In this document: positions 57,793-64,000 of the stretch, one piece after another
Position numbering within the stretch: position 1 is the stretch's first letter
Layout: each line of letters starts with the position of its first letter
Notes under the pieces: generated by a model
Seen by the model: only the letters and a program-made list of their open reading frames with translations
What the model was told of the DNA's origin: nothing
Database searches by the model: none
Made by a program: the position numbers and the translations under genes
Assembly (NCBI GenBank): GCA_051531955.1
Contig: JAOPTS010000069.1
Location: forward strand, 20,079-84,078
DNA from: Reichenbachiella sp.
GTDB taxonomy: Bacteria; Bacteroidota; Bacteroidia; Cytophagales; Cyclobacteriaceae
DNA: 64,000 nt
Direction of reading: 5' to 3'

Positions 57793-60700
57793 TTACTCCA
57801 ATTCTTTCAAATCAACAGGGATTACTCTAGATACGCCTTGTTCGATCATGGTCACTCCATATATAATATCCGTAGTAGACATCGTACGCTTGTTGTGCGT
57901 CACAATGATGAATTGAGATTCGCTAGAGAAATCACGGATGATGTTATTGAATTTGTCAATATTGGCATCATCTAATGGCGCATCTACTTCATCAAATATA
58001 CAGAAAGGTGCAGGTTTTAAAAGGTAGATCGCAAATAGGAGAGAAGTAGCTGTTAAGGTCTTTTCTCCTCCAGATAATTGATTGATAGATAATGGTCGCT
58101 TACCCTTGGGTTTGGCAATGATTTCAATGGTAGACTCCAAAGGATCGTCAGGGTTGGATAGGAACAAGTCACATTGATCCTCATCGGTAAATAATGATCT
58201 GAATACTCTAATGAAGTTCGTCTTTATTTTGTCAAACGCTTCCATAAAGGTGACTTTGGCGACATCATTAATCTCATCAATTGTCGAGATCAATGATTCT
58301 TTCGCTTTGAATAAATCCTCTCTCTGGTCCGTGATGAAATCATGTCTTGTCTTGATTTCTTCGTATGCTTCCATTGCCATCGGGTTGATAGGTCCCATGC
58401 CATCCAAACGACCTTTCATTTTATGGACTTGGTTTTTTAACTCCTCTTCAGATAGCTCTTGTGCTATCTCAGTAGCTTCGCTAGCTTCTTCTTCATTGAT
58501 CAACAGTTGATCAATAGTAACATTAAACTCTACTGACAATCGCTCTTGAATACCTGTTAGAGAGAGTTTTGTTTCATTGAGTTGGGTTTGCAACTCCATG
58601 ATTTTTGAATCATTGGTTTCTCTTTCTCTTTGTATATCTCTTGTGTTTTTTTCAATTGACTCTATCGATTCTCGATGGCCATAGTAGTCTTTTTCTGCTT
58701 CGGTGACGCCTATTTCAATGCTGTCTTTTTCCTCATACATCTCGATGAGTTGGTCGTCATTAGAGTCTGAGTTTTGAATAAGTTGGCGAACTTCTTCGTC
58801 CGTCATCTTTAGTTCGCTCTGATTCTTTTCAATCCTACCAAGCGCAGTTTCGAGGTTGGATTTTTTGTAGTTGATCTCCTGAGCAACACTGGACACTTTA
58901 TTTTGTTGCTGATGAAAGATTATATTTTCTTGGTTATAGGAAGTGGATTTTTCATTCAAACTATCATTGAATGAAGATATTTCTTCTTTGAATGAATTAT
59001 TCTTTAATTCAAGTTCATGAAGAATTTGTTGATGTGTCTCTTGTTGTGGTTGAATCTCAATGATCTCCTCATGTAGCGTGTTGATTCTCTCAATGATATC
59101 TTCACTTTTGAGTTCGTTTTCAGAGAGCATGCTTGTATACTGCTCTTGTTTGGTAGTAAGAGATACATACTCTTCGTTGACCCTTGAGAGGTCGGTTCGT
59201 GCTTCTTCTAGTTGCCGTTCGAAGTTGTTTTCTTTTAGTCGTGCTAAGTCCCCTTGTTTTTCTTCTAGATTTTGGTTGACCTCATCTAGTTTGATGGTTA
59301 GTTTTTTAATGGTCTCAGCGAGCTTGTCTAGATTCTTAGCTCGTCCAATTCTTTTTCCTTCAAATAATCCTATTGATCCGCCAGAGATACTGAACCTTCT
59401 GTTGATGATCTTACCTGATTTGGTAATCAGTACGGCACTTTTGTTTGGGACTTTTCCTGTTTCATTAGTAGTGATGTAGACATTGTCTAGAATGAAACTA
59501 ATAAGGCGCTTGTACTTAGAGTCATATTCTACCACTTCAGTAGCTGGAATAGAACTTTCAAGTAATTCAGTTTGTGAGGGTTGAAATTTTTCAAACCTGT
59601 CTAGTACAAAGAAATTGGCTTTTCCTTTCGTTGCATCACTGAGTAAATTGACAGCTTTGAATGCATCAGCCTCAGTCTCTACAATGTAATAGTTCATGTA
59701 AGACTCTAGGTAGTTCTCTACTGTCACCTTATAATCCTCAGGACAAGTCAGAATATCGGAAAGTAGAGGTGCGTTTTCAACCCAATTAGATTCCTTTTTT
59801 AGAAATTTGATTGCTTCTGGAAAACCTTCTAGATTGTCAACAAGTGATTTGGTTAAGTTGTATTCGTTTTGTGAAGCATCTAGTTTTCTATTTACTTGAT
59901 GCAGCTCTTCACGTATTAATTCAACTGTTTTTTGACTATGCTTAATTCTGTTTTTGAGTTCTTCGTCTTTGGATTTTAGATAATCAAATTCTTCTTGTTT
60001 TTGTTTCTTCTCATTGGTTACCTCAAGGATTCGTTGTTCAAAATTTTGAAGGCTTTCAGTCTGATGAGTGGTGTCCGTTGTAGTTTTTTCGTGTTCTTGT
60101 TTCAGCGTACTTAGCTGAATGTTCTTGATTTCAAGTGATTTGTTGAGTTGATAGAGTTCTTCTCTTTTAGCAACAAAGTTTTCATTTAGTTCTTCCCCTT
60201 GGTCTTTGAGCTCTTTGTTTTTGGTTTTTTCTTGTTCGTAATCTGATTGAAGCGTTTCTAATTTAAACGTGATTTCATCTAGCAAATTCTGTGAAGTTTG
60301 CTTTTCACTTTCCAATCCATCAATTGAAAATGATGACCGTTCACTGCTTTTTCTATCTTGTTCGATGAGTTCTTTGAGATTGTCGCTTTTATCGTTCAAA
60401 AATCTCAATCGCTCATTCTTGATCTTCTTTTCACTTTCATATGATCTAATCTTGTGAACATGATCATTGAGTGTCTTTTGCCTAGTCCCTAAGAGTTTCT
60501 CTTTATTAAGTAAGTCAGTCTTGGACTGCTGTGACATAGCTTCTTTCTCAGCTAGTTGCTTATTCAAACCAACTTTTAGAATGTTGCTTTTCTCTATTGA
60601 TTTTCTTAGAACGTCTATTGTTCCCTTTTGTTGATGAACAGTCTTCTTAGCTAATTCAACACTATAGTCTTTATAGTCCTCTTTTATTTGGTAATACTTT

Positions 60701-61338
60701 TGGGCTTGTTTGGCTTGTCTCTCTAATGATTTTAAATTCTTGTCAATTTCGAATAGCAAATCCTCAACACGTTCCAGATCAGCATCTGTATCGTTGAGCT
60801 TTCGCATAGTTTCCTTTTTACGAATTTTAAACTTCGAAATACCTGCTGCCTCTTCAAAAAGACCCCTCCTAGAGTTATCCTTGTCATTGAGGATATTGTC
60901 CACCATGCCCAATTCTATGATGGCATAGCTATTGGAAGCGATACCCGTGTCTAGAAATAGACTGGTGATGTCCTTGAGACGGCAAGTGATGCCGTTGAGT
61001 TGGTATTCACTTTCACCAGATCGATAGTATCTTCTGGTAATGGTTACGTTCGAGTATTCAGTAGGGAGGAGGTTCTTTGTGTTTTTGAATGACAAAGACA
61101 CTTCGGCAAGTTGTGTTGGTTTTCTGTTCTTGGTTCCATTAAAGATGATGTTCTCCATCTTTTCAGATCTCAATGATTTAACTTTTTGTTCACCGAGTAC
61201 CCATCTGATGGAATCTACGACATTAGATTTTCCACACCCGTTGGGCCCAACAATCCCAGTGATACCTTCGTCAAAATTGATGACGACCTTATCCCCGAAG
61301 CTTTTAAATCCTTTTATTTCTAATTTGGTTAATTGCAT
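57793..61338 (-). CDS. smc: Chromosome segregation protein SMC
   Basis: GFKSF, GPNGCGKSN, long coiled coils, LSGGEK and DEVDAPLD motifs. Confidence 0.97.
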   Translation of the reverse strand: MQLTKLEIKGFKSFGDKVVINFDEGITGIVGPNGCGKSNVVDSIRWVLGEQKVKSLRSEKMENIIFNGTKNRKPTQLAEVSLSFKNTKNLLPTEYSNVTITRRYYRSGESEYQLNGITCRLKDITSLFLDTGIASNSYAIIELGMVDNILNDKDNSRRGLFEEAAGISKFKIRKKETMRKLNDTDADLERVEDLLFEIDKNLKSLERQAKQAQKYYQIKEDYKDYSVELAKKTVHQQKGTIDVLRKSIEKSNILKVGLNKQLAEKEAMSQQSKTDLLNKEKLLGTRQKTLNDHVHKIRSYESEKKIKNERLRFLNDKSDNLKELIEQDRKSSERSSFSIDGLESEKQTSQNLLDEITFKLETLQSDYEQEKTKNKELKDQGEELNENFVAKREELYQLNKSLEIKNIQLSTLKQEHEKTTTDTTHQTESLQNFEQRILEVTNEKKQKQEEFDYLKSKDEELKNRIKHSQKTVELIREELHQVNRKLDASQNEYNLTKSLVDNLEGFPEAIKFLKKESNWVENAPLLSDILTCPEDYKVTVENYLESYMNYYIVETEADAFKAVNLLSDATKGKANFFVLDRFEKFQPSQTELLESSIPATEVVEYDSKYKRLISFILDNVYITTNETGKVPNKSAVLITKSGKIINRRFSISGGSIGLFEGKRIGRAKNLDKLAETIKKLTIKLDEVNQNLEEKQGDLARLKENNFERQLEEARTDLSRVNEEYVSLTTKQEQYTSMLSENELKSEDIIERINTLHEEIIEIQPQQETHQQILHELELKNNSFKEEISSFNDSLNEKSTSYNQENIIFHQQQNKVSSVAQEINYKKSNLETALGRIEKNQSELKMTDEEVRQLIQNSDSNDDQLIEMYEEKDSIEIGVTEAEKDYYGHRESIESIEKNTRDIQRERETNDSKIMELQTQLNETKLSLTGIQERLSVEFNVTIDQLLINEEEASEATEIAQELSEEELKNQVHKMKGRLDGMGPINPMAMEAYEEIKTRHDFITDQREDLFKAKESLISTIDEINDVAKVTFMEAFDKIKTNFIRVFRSLFTDEDQCDLFLSNPDDPLESTIEIIAKPKGKRPLSINQLSGGEKTLTATSLLFAIYLLKPAPFCIFDEVDAPLDDANIDKFNNIIRDFSSESQFIIVTHNKRTMSTTDIIYGVTMIEQGVSRVIPVDLKELE

Positions 61339-61394
61339 GTACTATTGGCCCGTTCAGAATCGACAAATTTAAATTTATTTCTTAGATTTGGTTC

Positions 61395-61877
61395 ATGGAT
61401 GATTCTAATATTTACTATTATATAATTCTCGGTGTTATTTATATAATATCTCGTGTATTAAAGAAGAAGAAAAAGGAAAATGCACAAACTGAAGTTGTCG
61501 AGGGAGTAGAAGAAATCCCGACCACACCACGAAACCCCAATACGTTTGAAGATTTATTTAAAGAGTTGACAGGAGAAGATTTTGCCACAAAACCTGAATC
61601 TCCAAAGGAAACTATACCTGTAGCGACTACTCATGAGGAAATTCAACAAGTAATTAACCCTGCGCCGTTACAACCTCAATATCATGAAGATGATTTGATT
61701 GATATTGTACCTCACAAACAACTAGAAAGAAAGAAACCAACTTATGAAAGATTGGATACTTTTAAAATTGAGGAAGAAGAGTATAGCTTAGCGGCTGAAA
61801 TTGCTGAATCTCTTCAAAATGAAGATGAAATTAAAAAAGCTATTATCTATAAAGAGATATTCGATCGTAAATACTAA
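61395..61877 (+). CDS. Hypothetical membrane-anchored protein
   Basis: N-terminal TM helix plus K-run; C-terminal KKAIIYKEIFDRKY; TAGATTTG 4 nt upstream of the ATG. Confidence 0.78.
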   Translation: MDDSNIYYYIILGVIYIISRVLKKKKKENAQTEVVEGVEEIPTTPRNPNTFEDLFKELTGEDFATKPESPKETIPVATTHEEIQQVINPAPLQPQYHEDDLIDIVPHKQLERKKPTYERLDTFKIEEEEYSLAAEIAESLQNEDEIKKAIIYKEIFDRKY

Positions 61878-63739
61878 AGATTATTTAGTGCTTCTAACTC
61901 TTTTTTGAAACTTCCAGATAAAATCGGGAATCTACACCAAGTCTTAGGGTCTACATTGAAATCATCCAAATGAAAGGAGGGTGCTAAACGCTCTCGTTTC
62001 CATTGGTTGATGGACCACAATTTGTAGAATTTCCCTATATACAGCTTGAGTTGTTCCTTTTCAATTGTCAATTCATGGTGCAATGTTTCAAACACTTGCA
62101 GAGGAGATTTTCTCTGGAAGATACCTAGACGTTCAATTTTGACCATCAGATCATATGGCATTAGGTCATCTTCGTCAGTCTGTGAGTATTCTTTGGGTCG
62201 TAGTTCGGCAGTTGGAGTGAGACTGTTAACATACTGGAGTCCTTTATATCCCAATTCCTTTTCCGCATACTTTAGCCATTGCAATAGAAAGGGCTTGTCT
62301 ACACCTGCGATTGGGGCTAAACTCCCACTAGTGTCACCATCCATCGTGGTATAACCTACATCTCCTTCACTACGATTCGAGGTAGTGAGTAATATCTTAT
62401 GCTCAATATTGGCTAACATCCATATCAAAGGAGACCTAGTTCTCGCTTGGATGTTTTGCATAGCAATGTCATCCGTTTTCCAGCTTAATTTTCTTCCAAT
62501 TGCATTTTCAGCTATTTGATGGGCATTGATAACACTATCATCTATTGTCCAGTGTGCGAATTTCGCACCAATAGAATTTGCTAACTCCTTAGCTGAATTT
62601 AAAGTTGCCTCTCCACTATTTTCTGTTCCTTGATAGGCTGTGAATAGCACACTTTGTGTAATGTCTTTTATAACCTGATCATGGCTTAGGTTATTGTCAA
62701 TTGAAAGATTTAAATGTACAGCATTTAAATAACCATCTACCCCTAATTGTTCGATACCATGTTTGACGGAGAGTGATACTAATGTAGCGATAGAGGACGA
62801 GTCCGCTCCGCCGCTTAGTGAAAGAACATATCCTTTTGAAAAGCTCTTGCGCATGTAATCAAACAGTGCCAAAGAAGCAGCTTGTGTAAACTCTTCATTG
62901 CTGTCTTTGTAATCTAGCTCCGGCTCTTCGATTGTATATTCGGACGCTGTATTTATAACAAATGATTCTAATTGTACGGGGGTGAAGGCAAAACGCTTGT
63001 TCCGCAACAATAGCAGACCTTTGTTGGCCAAAATGATGTCTCCATCATATATGACTCGACCTGATTCGTTACCCAGTTGATTGACATAGAGGTAATGACA
63101 GTTGAACTGTTTACTACTAGAGATGACAAGATCATCTCGTGTTTTCTTTTTATTGAATGAAAAGTGACTTGCACTTGGATTGATGATCAATTGCACATTT
63201 TGCTGATGTAATCTGCCGCCAGGCCTATCGGTATGGTGCCAAGCATCTTCACATATTTCTAGACCTACTTTCAACCCGTAGAGCTCAAAAGTTAATTCTC
63301 CAATAGGGTATTCACTTCCCAGTAGATCGATTGTAGATGTCTTTCTTTGAGGCCAAGCAGTGAACCACCTTTTTTCATAGTGGATGCCATCATTTGCCAA
63401 AAATTGTTTGGCGTAAAAACCAATGATCTCCTCATCTTGTATGATACAAGTGGTGTTATAAGTATTTTCTTCGAAAGAGAGAGGAAGACCAACAGCCACA
63501 GTAATACCTGAAGTTTGTGGGATAATTTCTTTTAATTGATTGATCCCTTCTTCGATGACCCATTCATGCAAGAATAAATCTTGGCAACCATATGAAGGGA
63601 TGCAAAGCTCAGGCAAACATAGGACTTTGACGCCTTCTTTTTTAGCTAAGTCAATGGCATGTAGGATATTGCCAATATTATTACTCCAATCTATTGGTGT
63701 TTGGTTGAGCGTGGCTCCACCAATTTTCACTTGACTCAT
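61874..63739 (-). CDS. nadE: Glutamine-dependent NAD+ synthetase
   Basis: Nitrilase domain (LPEL, ICEDAW), SGGADSS, QNIQAR and PTAEL motifs. Confidence 0.95.
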   Translation of the reverse strand: MSQVKIGGATLNQTPIDWSNNIGNILHAIDLAKKEGVKVLCLPELCIPSYGCQDLFLHEWVIEEGINQLKEIIPQTSGITVAVGLPLSFEENTYNTTCIIQDEEIIGFYAKQFLANDGIHYEKRWFTAWPQRKTSTIDLLGSEYPIGELTFELYGLKVGLEICEDAWHHTDRPGGRLHQQNVQLIINPSASHFSFNKKKTRDDLVISSSKQFNCHYLYVNQLGNESGRVIYDGDIILANKGLLLLRNKRFAFTPVQLESFVINTASEYTIEEPELDYKDSNEEFTQAASLALFDYMRKSFSKGYVLSLSGGADSSSIATLVSLSVKHGIEQLGVDGYLNAVHLNLSIDNNLSHDQVIKDITQSVLFTAYQGTENSGEATLNSAKELANSIGAKFAHWTIDDSVINAHQIAENAIGRKLSWKTDDIAMQNIQARTRSPLIWMLANIEHKILLTTSNRSEGDVGYTTMDGDTSGSLAPIAGVDKPFLLQWLKYAEKELGYKGLQYVNSLTPTAELRPKEYSQTDEDDLMPYDLMVKIERLGIFQRKSPLQVFETLHHELTIEKEQLKLYIGKFYKLWSINQWKRERLAPSFHLDDFNVDPKTWCRFPILSGSFKKELEALNNL

Positions 63740-63754
63740 ACGTTGAAAGAAAAT

Positions 63755-64000
63755 TTACTCAATATTAAGCAATTGGCAGGATTTTTCTGCTGCATTTTGT
63801 TCTGCCTTTTTCTTGCTTAATCCCAATCCTGAACTGATCATCTTGGTTCCTATAAAGAGCTTAGCTTCAAATTTCTTGAAATGCTTTTTATCGTCCAATT
63901 CTGATACTTCAAATAATAGCTTCTTGTTTTCCTTTTGGGACCACTCGATAACCTTGCTTTTGAAGTTAGTATTGGTGCTAATAATCATGTCAATATCGAC
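63755..64000 (-). CDS. rnc: Ribonuclease III, C-terminal dsRBD (5' part outside window)
   Basis: NFKSKVIEWSQK...GLSKKKAEQNAA; frame open to the window edge. Confidence 0.85.
   Translation of the reverse strand, partial: VDIDMIISTNTNFKSKVIEWSQKENKKLLFEVSELDDKKHFKKFEAKLFIGTKMISSGLGLSKKKAEQNAAEKSCQLLNIE

Noticed and set aside
57793-61338. SMC as a Wadjet/MksB-type defence ATPase
   Set aside because: It has canonical housekeeping SMC length and motifs, and no jet/mks partner genes are adjacent.
1-64000. CRISPR arrays, tRNA/rRNA, IS elements, prophage and defence genes
   Set aside because: I saw no spaced direct repeats, cloverleafs, or transposase, integrase or phage motifs, and intergenic gaps are short. 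A covariance-model scan was not possible.

Overview
AT-rich chromosomal segment of a Bacteroidota bacterium, most likely Cytophagales. The evidence is SusC/SusD, T9SS C-terminal domains, TAnnTTTG promoters, fused ccoNO and no SD motifs. I saw no rRNA, tRNA, CRISPR or mobile element. In order, the window holds: (1) an ECF sigma/FecR locus whose STN-bearing partner is a beta-helix-repeat outer-membrane protein rather than a TonB-dependent transporter, plus an STN-less paralog sharing a putative ECF promoter; (2) a SusC-SusD-Zn-peptidase-DUF4302-type lipoprotein operon; (3) a TPR kinase, a class V aminotransferase and glutamate dehydrogenase; (4) a complete cbb3 oxidase island (ccoNO-Q-P-G-H, ccoI-S, hemN, three USPs) beside a FixL-like heme-PAS kinase and a REC-Crp/Fnr hybrid regulator, with a repeated TGAY-N4-RTCA box at fixed spacing in its promoters; (5) polyamine genes (CANSDH, nspC), T9SS cargo, a PASTA protein, ddl, nifU, mrp, dnaG and ribBA; (6) a second ECF/anti-sigma operon, a 7TM kinase, smc, nadE and partial rnc. 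The most promising items are the non-TonB STN signalling system (1-4641) and the compressed FixL to REC-Fnr oxygen regulon (26930-36700). All family assignments come from motif recognition by eye, not database searches.
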